61,007 bases of DNA, from positions 1 to 61,007 of the forward strand of contig JAATFW010000287.1 in the NCBI GenBank assembly GCA_015654985.1. Direction: 5' to 3'. Under the pieces are notes generated by a model. The model saw only the letters and a list, made by a program, of their open reading frames with translations, searched no databases and was not told where the DNA came from. Positions 1 to 8,969 of this stretch are shown here, in pieces (the stretch's first letter is position 1; every line of letters begins with the position of its first letter). This DNA comes from Sphingobacteriales bacterium. GTDB taxonomy: Bacteria; Bacteroidota; Bacteroidia; Sphingobacteriales; Sphingobacteriaceae. The translations under genes were made by a program, and so were the position numbers.

Positions 1-21
1 AGTCAAACACTGATATTAATA

Positions 22-751
22 ATGCGACCTGTTAATAAAGGAGATATACCTCAGTTAAACAATAAAGAAAAAATTGTTAGCGATTATAAGGATTGGCGAT
101 TGGACCTTATAGACCGAATAGGTGGTTATTGTGCACTGCAATATGGATTTAAAAGATAGTCCCCACGTAGAACACGTTGTACCAAAATCAACACATCCCG
201 ACCTAAGACTGTCATGGGGTAATATGTTACTGGCCTGCGGTGCATGTAACAGGGCAAAAAGTGCGCACAGCTATCAATCTCACATACATTACATGCCCGA
301 TTTCCACAACACACAATTAGCATTCGATTATGTAATTATTCCTCATCCAACAAGAAGAAAACAGATGGCGTGCATTCCTGTGCCAGGGAATAACGATATC
401 GTTAATGTGGAAAAAGCCAAAAGGACCATTGACCTATTTAAGTTGGATGCCATCTCTTCAAATCCCCGGGCTACCGACCTTCGCTGGAAATATCGGTTCG
501 AAGCTTATCAATCATCAAGGCTATGGCGAGATCACTGGAATTACTTTGGCAAGGATATTCCAGATAAATTTATACCACTACTAATTGATTGTGCAATTGG
601 TAAAGGATTTTTCTCAATATGGTTTGACTGTTTCCAGGACGAACCAGATGTTAAAAAAGCTCTGATAGATGCGTTTCCGGGAACAAGAATTGAATGCTTC
701 CCGGATTCAAATGATTATAATCCCTCTCCCTTGCATGATGATGATCTGTAA
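22..751 (+). pseudogene. HNH endonuclease (PtuB/TIGR02646-like), frameshifted at ~136
   Basis: ATG at 22 reads MRPVNKG...DLIDRIGGYCA and then stops at 157-159. Frame 122-751 continues CNMDL...VEHVVPKS...WGNMLLACGACNRAK (HNH with CxxC). Restoring 2 nt at 136 gives the CAYC zinc knuckle. Confidence 0.8.
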
Positions 752-768
752 CCGTTCTTAAACTTTAA

Positions 769-1035
769 GCGCCCAAGAACCTTTTACTCGATTCGCCCAG
801 CAAGCTTTCGGAGGAAGATGTTAAGGAATGGCTGAAAGAAAGATTTGAAAAGGACTTTTTCAAGGAACCCAAAACAGCTCTGGAAATACTTAAGGCATCA
901 CAAACAGCTCTGGATGGTCCGGTCAGGCCTGTACACCTGGCTTCGGCACTGAAAGATTATACTGCCCGGAAGAAATCGCCGAGGCTAATCAAGGACAGTA
1001 ACGAGACCGGAAGATTTGTGTACGTGAAGGAATAA
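769..1035 (+). pseudogene. start-less 3' gene fragment (88 open codons)
   Basis: Open frame ...SEEDVKEWLKERFEKDFFKEPKTALEIL...GRFVYVKE* with no ATG, preceded by TAA at 766-768. Confidence 0.4.
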
Positions 1036-1085
1036 TGGCGTTAAAGGCTGGTAAGCAAACATCTTGATTTGACCATCTTAAAAGC

Positions 1086-1331
1086 ATGGAAAATATCGAC
1101 CCAAAAGGCTCCAATACAGATGATGAAGCATTTTACAGGCTATTAGGTGCAATCATTAAATATTTCCGTATCAAAGCAGGATTTTCTACTCCTGAATCAT
1201 TTGCACACCTCACAGGAAGACATCGCTCACAATATTACGAATATGAGTCCGGTAAAAACATGAATATGCTAACCTTTCGAAATTTGCTGCTTGAGCTTGG
1301 GGTTCAGGTTAGTGGGATGGTTAAATTTTGA
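1086..1331 (+). CDS. XRE-family helix-turn-helix protein (probably the N-half of a split gene)
   Basis: LGAIIKYFRIKAGFSTPESFAHLTGRHRSQYYEYESGKNMNMLT is a typical XRE HTH. Confidence 0.7.
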   Translation: MENIDPKGSNTDDEAFYRLLGAIIKYFRIKAGFSTPESFAHLTGRHRSQYYEYESGKNMNMLTFRNLLLELGVQVSGMVKF

Positions 1332-1339
1332 TTACTTAA

Positions 1340-1723
1340 GTGATAATTCTGGTCGTTATAGGATTGTATGTATATAAAATGAAAAAAGCAAGAGTGTTAC
1401 AAGTAATGTCACAAGTAGCTCTTGAAGAAAAAACAGCAGCAAATGTCAAAATAAGCCCCAAAGTAGCACAACGATATGTAGATATTTTAATTTCTTGCCT
1501 TGAAGCAAAAAGTCGCATTGAAATTTTAAGCGAATTTGAATTAAATACTTCATATAATACCTTCAAAAGAGCTACCAATAAATTAAAAGAATACGGTTGG
1601 CTGGAAATGACACAGACGGCTAAAAATGCTCCAAATCAAACTTACATTACCACTGAAAAAGGAAAGGCCGTTATAAGGTTAGAAGATAGCTTGGATAAAA
1701 ATGAAGAGAGCAAACGAGAATAA
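1340..1723 (+). CDS. winged-helix domain of the Fic-like C-terminal type
   Basis: LKEYGWLEMTQTAKNAPNQTYITTEKGK matches the L..GWLEMT.P....PNQ.Y..TEKG tail motif. Confidence 0.6.
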   Translation: MIILVVIGLYVYKMKKARVLQVMSQVALEEKTAANVKISPKVAQRYVDILISCLEAKSRIEILSEFELNTSYNTFKRATNKLKEYGWLEMTQTAKNAPNQTYITTEKGKAVIRLEDSLDKNEESKRE

Positions 1724-1950
1724 AATTTACTAACTCAGCGATCTCAATCATTTTTAAAGACAGAACTGCAGTGTCAACGGGTGGCTTCGTCATCGAAAGT
1801 TAGACTTTCGATGACAAACAGCATAAACGCTTCGAGGGACAACTCTCTGCCGACATCCTGGACTTGAATTTAATCCTCCAAATACTATGACGGAAATCAG
1901 TAGCTGCGATATCCGAAAGCCAAATAGTTATTGATTGAAGAGCATCCGGG

Positions 1951-2499
1951 TTAAATCACCATTTCAATTTCTCGAAAGTCCAGTCTAACTTTGTCCTGGG
2001 TATGGTTATGGCTAAGAAAATACTCCAACAGGGGGTATACTACCTTATCTGCCGAAGTCAGGTGATAGTTAAAATCCTTAGGTATACGTCTGGAAAAATT
2101 GTCCTCTAGTTTATTGATCACCAGCATAAAGGTGATTTTGCAGGCATATTTTGAATGCTGTTCAAGTAAAATTTTTGAAGATTTGTTCAGTATCCATTCA
2201 ATGCGGCTTTTGGTCAATTTCTGGTTTTGGTATTTACATTGAATAAATAAAACACTGCCCTGTTTTTCTGCGATCAGGTCAATACCCTGGTCTAAAAAGC
2301 CTGTTTCCAGCCCACGGTAAATGACTTGGTATCCTTCTGCCTCAAATACCTGTCCGACGTATTTTTCATAGACCAGTCCCCAATCCCTCGGTTTTACTTC
2401 CAGGTAAGGGATAAAGATGCCGCCATGATCTATTTCAATACGGTTTTCGACAGTGTTAAGATGAAGTTTGCCTTGTTTCAGGATACTGGCTATTCCCAT
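1951..2499 (-). CDS. Mrr-catalytic-like PD-(D/E)xK restriction endonuclease
   Basis: YEKYVGQVFEAEGY...DQGIDLIAEK...FIQCK gives the E...D...QxK catalytic motif. Confidence 0.75.
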   Translation of the reverse strand: MGIASILKQGKLHLNTVENRIEIDHGGIFIPYLEVKPRDWGLVYEKYVGQVFEAEGYQVIYRGLETGFLDQGIDLIAEKQGSVLFIQCKYQNQKLTKSRIEWILNKSSKILLEQHSKYACKITFMLVINKLEDNFSRRIPKDFNYHLTSADKVVYPLLEYFLSHNHTQDKVRLDFREIEMVI

Positions 2500-2811
2500 A
2501 GCGAAATTGTTTTTCTAAAATAGCTTTAAGATATTATCACACCAATGGTACCGTTTTGGTTTTCAGCCAGTTGCTTCAAGTATTTAATTGATTGCCGATA
2601 TATTCTGTCCCTTGTTCTCAGATATAAATTTTGCACTCTATGTGACATTAGTAACGGTATTGCGGTCATAGCATTAAAGGCTATCATTACTACTATCCAT
2701 ATGTTTCTTTTTAACTTAGATTATATAAAATCTTTTGGCTAACAATGTACTAAGGATAAAGGAAAAAAGAAAGTTGTATGACAAATACAGTTTTTTGATC
2801 GTCCTAATTTA

Positions 2812-3171
2812 ATGAATTTTATAACCACCTTTTTCCGCTTTGATGACCATATCCGTAAGGTGATTTACACCACCAATACGGTGGAGGGATTTCATCGGCA
2901 GGTACGAAAAGTTACCAAAACGAAGGGGGCTTTTACTTCCGATAATGCTTTGCTTAAACTAGTTTATCTGGTGGTACAACGGGTCTCTGAGAAGTGGACC
3001 ATGCCCTTAAGAAACTGGAGCTTGACTTTATCCCAGCTATATATTATGTTTGAGGACAGACTTAAAGTAAGCCTGCATGGTTAGCAGCTTGACCATGGAA
3101 AACTCTATTTGGGGAGTTTTCCACATTCAAGCTGCACTAGGCACCAATGACACAGTTTATATTACACCCCC
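2812..3171 (+). mobile_element. IS256-family remnant: transposase C-terminus plus right end
   Basis: IRKVIYTTNTVEGFHRQVRKVTKTKGAFTSDNALLKLVYL is the IS256 C-terminal signature. A hairpin lies at 3084-3135 and an IR-like end tgacacagtttatattacacccc at ~3148-3171. Confidence 0.85.
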
Positions 3172-3217
3172 GCGGGCATCATAAAATGCCTACATAATGC
3201 TATCATGTTTAGCCCCC

Positions 3218-3886
3218 CTATTTTGTTGAATTCTCCACAACGCGTATTTTTTCAATTAACTTATAAATATGTGATCCCAAATTACTTGGAAAAGTCTCAC
3301 CGGCGGCATCTAGTGCCTTAGCCCGGATAACAGCGACATCCAGATGTGGAAGAAACCTACCTGGCAGTGGATTTGATTTGTTATAGGAACCGAGCACTTC
3401 AGTAAGCTTTACATCCACGACATTTTTGCGATTTGTAACCTTAGCATTAGCAAGTATAGCTAAACGTTCAGCTTCGGAATATTCATTGATATCTTTTACA
3501 TGAAGTAATAGCCAAAATTCAAAACAAGGATTACTGACTGCAGCAAACATATTACCTTCCCGGGAACACAATTCACAGATTTCACCAATAGTCTTCCAGC
3601 GATCTGTATCTATAATCATCCATAGTTCATCATCTGGCCCTAAGTTATATTCATCTTTTGCTTCACGTTTCAATTTACTGAAAACATGATTAGGAGCGCT
3701 ATTGTGATCGCTTTTTGCTCTTTTTAGGAGTTTAAGAAAAATTTGCTCGTCATTGAACTTTACTGAGTCTTTCAAAGCATCAAAATATATTTCTTCAGTT
3801 TCGTTACCTTCAAAAGCAAGCACAAATATCTTCTCCTTTTCGACGGTATTACTTTCCCTGAAAAAATCCTGCCTTTCCCTGCCCAT
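3218..3886 (-). CDS. rloB: RloB-family (AbiLii-like, TOPRIM) protein
   Basis: LAFEGNETEEIYF, WMIIDTD and SNPCFEFWLLLH motifs; lies 2 nt downstream of the AAA ATPase. Confidence 0.9.
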   Translation of the reverse strand: MGRERQDFFRESNTVEKEKIFVLAFEGNETEEIYFDALKDSVKFNDEQIFLKLLKRAKSDHNSAPNHVFSKLKREAKDEYNLGPDDELWMIIDTDRWKTIGEICELCSREGNMFAAVSNPCFEFWLLLHVKDINEYSEAERLAILANAKVTNRKNVVDVKLTEVLGSYNKSNPLPGRFLPHLDVAVIRAKALDAAGETFPSNLGSHIYKLIEKIRVVENSTK

Positions 3887-3888
3887 GT

Positions 3889-5259
3889 TTAGATTTTATT
3901 GATTACAGATAGTTTGGCGCGACTGCCAATTCGCGGTATGGCTTTGAAACGTCCGAGTAAATAGTCTTTTCGAATCTCTTTATCAAACCGGACGTTATAT
4001 TGTTCTAATGAATGTAATCTTGACGCCCCAAACTGATCTTTCACGACAAACCAGATTTCATCCTTTCTTAATAACTTTTGTGTCAACAACGATGATTCAT
4101 GACTAGCCAGAATTAATTGACTGTTAACATGTTCAGCTTTTGACAAAAATAAATCCAGCAGATCATATATCAGATTAGGGTGTAAACTGCGTTCCATCTC
4201 GTCTATAATGAAAACATTGTTACCTTTCAAAAGATCCATTAACAAAGGAATAAAATCCATCACCCTGTTGGTGCCATCCGATTCATCTCTTGTATCAAAT
4301 TTCTCAATCTCCCCACTACCTCTAACGGAGTGCTTCGTCATAAATTTCTCAACAAAAATATCGTCATCTTTAATGGAGACAAAATAGGTATTATTAGGGG
4401 TGGAAATAGCTGCACGGCGGATTTCTGATTTCTTGCTCATCAGGTCTTCCTTTATATCGTCAAGTAACCTCTTGGGTAGTTCGATATTTTCAGGATCTAC
4501 CCTTTCTAAACAAACTCCATCAATGCCAGTATCAAAATATGATAAAAACTCTTCAAATAAGGTAAGTAGCTCAGCGTCATCTTTTAGCTCAAATCTTAGA
4601 CCCACGTTGTATTTATCATCTGGAGAGATGACCTTCAAAGCGTTTTGAAACCAGTCGATTACATTAAGCAAATCATTAATTTTAGAAACATTCTCCTTGA
4701 CCTTCCTGCTTCTAATCTCAGAAAGAAAAAGCTGATTATTAGGAGTTCCCTTGGCGGTAAAATTCAAAAATTGCTTTTCTTCTTCCTTCTTTAATTTGCC
4801 AAGCATGTAGCTCAAGTCAAAAGAATTTTTCTTACGGCTGTCTCGCTCAAAAATTTTCTGCTCTGTTCCGGGACCGATTTCATAAAGCCACTCTTCCTGT
4901 ATCACGTCTTTATTGAACGTAAAACCATAAGCGTAGTTTTTACCCCTATGCTGTATTTCATACTCAATCCTGGAATCCTTGTTTAACAATTCGGCATTCA
5001 GCCTAAACTTTTGATAGTTTATAGGTTTATCCGGTCTGCTTCCTTTCATTACCAAAGCCTGACCAAACGCAATGGCCTTAATAAGATTAGACTTGCCTGA
5101 TGCATTGGCGCCAAACAGTACCGCTGATTTTAAAACAGAGATTCCTTTGACCTTTTTTGTTTTATGCTCCGATTTCAGACTTCCTTTACCTGGTATCATC
5201 GAAAACATTTCACGGCCTTCAAAAGACAGGAAATTCTCAACATTGAATCGAATAAGCAT
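3889..5259 (-). CDS. RloA/AbiLi-like AAA_21 ATPase
   Basis: Walker A GANASGKS, ESDGT signature, Walker B IIDEMERSLHP, QLILASH, RKDEIWFV, YLLGRFKAIP. Confidence 0.9.
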   Translation of the reverse strand: MLIRFNVENFLSFEGREMFSMIPGKGSLKSEHKTKKVKGISVLKSAVLFGANASGKSNLIKAIAFGQALVMKGSRPDKPINYQKFRLNAELLNKDSRIEYEIQHRGKNYAYGFTFNKDVIQEEWLYEIGPGTEQKIFERDSRKKNSFDLSYMLGKLKKEEEKQFLNFTAKGTPNNQLFLSEIRSRKVKENVSKINDLLNVIDWFQNALKVISPDDKYNVGLRFELKDDAELLTLFEEFLSYFDTGIDGVCLERVDPENIELPKRLLDDIKEDLMSKKSEIRRAAISTPNNTYFVSIKDDDIFVEKFMTKHSVRGSGEIEKFDTRDESDGTNRVMDFIPLLMDLLKGNNVFIIDEMERSLHPNLIYDLLDLFLSKAEHVNSQLILASHESSLLTQKLLRKDEIWFVVKDQFGASRLHSLEQYNVRFDKEIRKDYLLGRFKAIPRIGSRAKLSVINKI

Positions 5260-5278
5260 CTGGTTTTATTTTATATTG

Positions 5279-5302
5279 CAAATATATGTGATTTTTTCAC
5301 AT
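5279..5302 (-). promoter_or_regulatory. TAnnTTTG promoter of the ATPase-RloB operon with abutting palindrome ATGTGA-N5-TCACAT
   Basis: TATATTTG on the minus strand at 5279-5286; atgtgattttttcacat at 5286-5302. Confidence 0.55.
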
Positions 5303-5469
5303 TTAACCAATAATATAATACAATGTTTGAGATAGATTTAAAAACGTCATTAGACTTTAATAAAAATCTTCCTTGCCAAGCAAGTATAATACAAAACCTG
5401 CTATGAGGCAACCAAGTATTTTATCGCCAAAAGTCTGATCAGATGATAGTTGTCGTTGAAGCCAATCTT

Positions 5470-5763
5470 TCATTTTTGTTCGGTATCATGCTTTGTCCAG
5501 TCAGAATAAATTGTCATAAAAGTAATGGTAGAAACAATGTAGTCAATTAAATGCCACGTCTCTTTTTGAAACCAAAATGGATTGAACGGATTGAATATAA
5601 TCGCCACAAGCGAAAAATAAATCAAAAAACCGATTTGCTCTCTGTTATATGCTTTGTAAGCAAAATAAAAAGAGGTTCCAGGTACGGCCCATTGAACAAA
5701 AGTGTAATAGCTGTATTGCTGCTTAGCTGCCGATGCAATGATTAGAACTGCAATGATCCCCAA
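5470..5763 (-). CDS. DUF6804-like small membrane protein (start possibly frameshifted)
   Basis: YSYYTFVQW...AIIFNPFNPFWFQKETWHLIDYI motif. An ATG ~30 nt upstream is 1 nt out of frame. Confidence 0.65.
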   Translation of the reverse strand: MGIIAVLIIASAAKQQYSYYTFVQWAVPGTSFYFAYKAYNREQIGFLIYFSLVAIIFNPFNPFWFQKETWHLIDYIVSTITFMTIYSDWTKHDTEQK

Positions 5764-5879
5764 TTTTAAAACTATGTCGATTATTTTTTCCCATTTCTTG
5801 TTATTGGTGTCGAATTTGTATTGTCAGGTGTAATCGGTAAATAATAATGCAGAAAAATGGCAAATAAAAGTGTTGCATT

Positions 5880-6084
5880 TTCGGTAGCCAGACACTTCTG
5901 CGGCCGGATTTAAAAGAGGTGTAAACATTTTTTTGGTGGCAGCAAAGGGGTACACGTTGCCATTGATTGGTAGCGCATCGACCTGAGCCTCCAGCGTTTT
6001 TAAGAATTGCCCGAGCTCAGAGGTCTGGTCATATTCACGGAAAAGCTGACCGATATGCAAATCGGCTGTATGGAGAATTTTCAT
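5880..6084 (-). pseudogene. sbcD: 5' stub of exonuclease SbcCD subunit D
   Basis: MKILHTADLHIGQLFREYDQTSE..QFL...QVDALPINGN is a degenerate metallophosphoesterase N-terminus; truncated. Confidence 0.75.
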
Positions 6085-6243
6085 CGTTTATATAATTGGT
6101 TTAAGCTTGCCATAAGCATCTGCTTAATTTCTGCTTCTTACTACTTTGGTTTCGATGGTCGGCCCCTTTTACCGGCATCAGGGAAAGGAAAATAGCGTTT
6201 GAAGGTTTATGTAAATGTAGGAGAGGGGATGGAGATTTGCAAG
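6082..6243. repeat. ~162-bp direct repeat, copy 1
   Basis: Near-identical to 7440-7600 (catcgtttata...ggagatttgcaag). Confidence 0.95.
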
Positions 6244-6269
6244 AGGGAAAGGGAAGAAAAATTTTACAC

Positions 6270-6322
6270 TGCTTTTCGGCCCGCGTTGTAAATTGAAGTA
6301 CTGAATCCCGGAAATCCATCAT
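6270..6322 (-). pseudogene. 5' stub resembling HsdR_N-domain restriction proteins
   Basis: MDFRDSVLQFTTRAEK resembles the MDFKDSIKQ...VEK N-termini of this Bacteroidota family. It has its own TATCTTTG promoter at 6342-6349 (minus). Confidence 0.45.
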
Positions 6323-6370
6323 TGTTATTGGTTCTATAGGGCAAAGATACAGAGGGGCGGGAAGGGGAGG

Positions 6371-6386
6371 TTACGGGTTCCCGTAA
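6371..6386. promoter_or_regulatory. palindromic putative operator TTACGGG-tt-CCCGTAA
   Basis: Perfect 7-bp inverted repeat about 21 nt upstream of the minus-strand -7 box. Confidence 0.5.
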
Positions 6387-6426
6387 GGGGAAGTGAGGCG
6401 ACCGACCTGGGTTAAATGTACAGGAT

Positions 6427-7326
6427 GTGGTTCTTTTTGAAGAAAAGATAATTCCGGAATTTTTAAGATTAGGTGCTGCTCTGTCTTTAGATAGTGCGAA
6501 ATTGAACAAAAGAATCCAAAATTTCAATGTGCTTTCTAAAATGCTCAAAGTGCAGTCAATTACCCAAATTCCGGCGAAATTTAGGTATAACAGGTCCTTA
6601 CTGGAAGTTCTTAAGTTTGTGTCGAATTTGGGAGATCTGGATAAAGCTGAAACGTATGAGGACATGCTCAATATGTTCGATCATGCTAATAATTTAATTA
6701 TAGACAATTTAGAAGACGAGGAATTCAAGAGGACATATATATTATTTTCCAGTGCAATGAAAAATTATACATTGGTAAACACCGAAAAACAATATGTTGA
6801 GATAGATGTAGCATCATTTCTAAATGACCTTCAGCAATATTATGGTCGAAATAACAAGTCTATCATTGGTTTATACCTGACCCTGGGATTAAACCAGAAT
6901 TTTTTCTTCAGGCAGGTGTCTATTCCCGGCGAACAGGACGGTATTAAAAATATAGGTTTTGCTTCTGAAAAACTCGGTTTAAAGCTCCGGTTTAATAAGA
7001 TTAAAAATTACAATGGATTGGAAAACACGATCCTAACAGATGTTAACTTGAATACAAATGCTCCTTTCGTTAATGAATGGTATGGGATAGTATATGGTTC
7101 GGGGTTGCTTTACAGTATTGCCAATTCTTCTACATATTCAAATTTCGATTATCCTCACGTTGGCCTCGGTACCGGTATAAGGTTTTATAATGCGCTTGAT
7201 GTTAATTTTATTGTTGGATTTCCTTTTATTAAAAATGAATCGATGTTTAGAAATGCATTTGTTGGCATAGGTTTGGATATTCCTTTAGGGGAGTACTTAG
7301 AAAAAATTGGCAATAGAAAGAAATAA
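6427..7326 (+). CDS. hypothetical protein, probably a 3' fragment; helical region followed by a beta-rich C-terminus
   Basis: 299-aa ORF with GTG start, no signal peptide, and beta-strand-like tail (GLYLTLGLNQ...FVGIGLDIPLGEY). Confidence 0.55.
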   Translation: MVLFEEKIIPEFLRLGAALSLDSAKLNKRIQNFNVLSKMLKVQSITQIPAKFRYNRSLLEVLKFVSNLGDLDKAETYEDMLNMFDHANNLIIDNLEDEEFKRTYILFSSAMKNYTLVNTEKQYVEIDVASFLNDLQQYYGRNNKSIIGLYLTLGLNQNFFFRQVSIPGEQDGIKNIGFASEKLGLKLRFNKIKNYNGLENTILTDVNLNTNAPFVNEWYGIVYGSGLLYSIANSSTYSNFDYPHVGLGTGIRFYNALDVNFIVGFPFIKNESMFRNAFVGIGLDIPLGEYLEKIGNRKK

Positions 7327-7439
7327 CAACCCCCTGGCGGTATACTGATAAGCTCTCATTACTGTTTGTAACAAATGTTATGAAGAGCTTCATGAAAAGC
7401 ACACGATTCCCATCTACATATTTCTCAATGGTAAGATCA

Positions 7440-7600
7440 CATCGTTTATACAATTGGTTTAAGCTTGCCATGAGCATCTACTTAATTTCTGCTTCTTACT
7501 ACTTTGGTTTCGATGGTCGGCCCCTTTTACCGGCATCAGGGAAGGAAAATAGAATTTGAAGGTTTATGTAAATGTAAGTGAGGGCCTGGAGATTTGCAAG
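7440..7600. repeat. ~161-bp direct repeat, copy 2
   Basis: Near-identical to 6082-6243. Confidence 0.95.
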
Positions 7601-7964
7601 TGAGGAAGGAAAGGGAAATTTGATAAAGCTACGCCAACTTGTGCAGTGCATTATTTGTATAAGAGTACGATCCGGAGCCTGGTTTTATGCTGCAGAGGAC
7701 ACATCGAAGATTTCAAGCTTCATCTGAATTTTGAGGGAAATTTCATAAGAGGAGCTGGTATTGGCTATTGTGGCTGATCAGTTTTTATGAGTCATTCATG
7801 GGTCAATTGAGTCAATTATGAGTCAATCTAAAAAATAAGAACTACCAGCACCTGCGCCCCTTTTACCAAGAAGATGAAATTTATCGGGGTTCCATAAGCT
7901 GTGATCGTTTATTAATTAGAATCGCCTTGTCTCTAAGAGTTTTCATTGCTTCGAAAGAACTGCA

Positions 7965-8817
7965 TTATTTGCTCAGTTTCTTTTGTTCTTCCTCGATGAT
8001 TTTCTTCAGAGCATCTTCGCTAGGCAGATTGATTAGGTATTTGGATACAAAGATCTGCCGCGATAACCCTGCCGTGGCATACTTGACCAAGCTTTCATTC
8101 TTACCTGCACAAAGGATAATACCTACAGGAGGGTTATCGCCTTCAATCATCTCATTTTCCTGGTAATAGTTGAGATAGACATTCATTTGCCCACTATCGG
8201 CATGCGTAAATTCTCCCAATTTCAAATCCGTTAGTATATGACACTTTAAAATACGGTGATAAAATACCAGGTCGATATAGCAGTGCGTATTATCGAAGGT
8301 AATCCTTTTCTGACGGGCTTCAAAACAAAATCCCCTGCCCATCTCCATAAGGAAACTTTGCAGATGGCTGATAATAGCTTGCTCCAGATCTGATTCCGAG
8401 TAGATCTGTTTTTCTTCCAGTCTGAGGAACTCTAATACGTAAGGGTTCCGGAAGACATTCTCTGGCTGAAATTTTTTGGCAGATTCATTCAATGAAAGGA
8501 TTGCATCCTTGTCGGAACTTAAACCTGTCCGCTCAAAGAGCATACTGTTCATCGATCTTTGCAGTTCCCTTACACTCCAGTTGTTTTTTACTGTTTCGGT
8601 TTCATAAAAACTCCGTTTTAATTCTGTTTCAGCCTTCAGCAGTTCAATAAAATGAGAAAAGGAAAGATGACTGAGCAAAACACTTATCGCAATTCCTTTT
8701 TTCTCCCGACCAAAATCGTCTTGCATCAGATTGGTCAGACAGTGTCTGACGAATCTGATGGACTGTAGGAGATTCAACTGTGAATTGGTCAGACAGTGCC
8801 CGACCAATTTGCGGATA
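7965..8817 (-). pseudogene. YhcG/DUF1016 PDDEXK nuclease, 5'-truncated and frameshifted
   Basis: LSFSHFIELL...WSVREL...PYVLEFL...MGRGFCFEARQ...IDLVFYHRILKC..DLK...PPVGIILC. The linker YPQIGRALSDQF...IRQTLSDQ lies in a different frame. Confidence 0.85.
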
Positions 8818-8825
8818 AATAATTG

Positions 8826-8969
8826 CTATTTACAAGCTGCCTTCAATACATTTAGTTTGGGCAAATGATAGACATGATCTTTATGAGTTTTCAGGTTCCC
8901 TGCTATCATTTTAAATTCCTGTTCTGCATCGAAGGACAGGAAATTGGATACGATGAAACGAATTAACAT
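8826..8969 (-). pseudogene. 5' stub of a second RloA-like AAA ATPase
   Basis: MLIRFIVSNFLSFDAEQEFKMIAGNLKTHKDHVYHLPKLNVLKAACK* parallels the N-terminus of 3889-5259 and stops before Walker A. Confidence 0.8.

Noticed and set aside
872-914. 13-bp direct repeat aaacagctctgga
   Set aside because: Two in-frame copies 30 nt apart inside a gene fragment; likely local duplication or chance.
1-1950. Retron
   Set aside because: No reverse transcriptase or msr-msd flanking repeats in the window; it cannot be excluded upstream.
2500-2700. In-frame ATG at 2700 upstream of the Mrr-like gene, with five stops (possible recoding or decayed N-terminus)
   Set aside because: Mixed TAA/TAG/TGA at about the density expected in AT-rich DNA; all other genes use the standard code.
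5824-6322. ORFs 5824-6084 and 6101-6322 as intact genes
   Set aside because: Only their first codons resemble known proteins; the rest is read-through into unrelated DNA.
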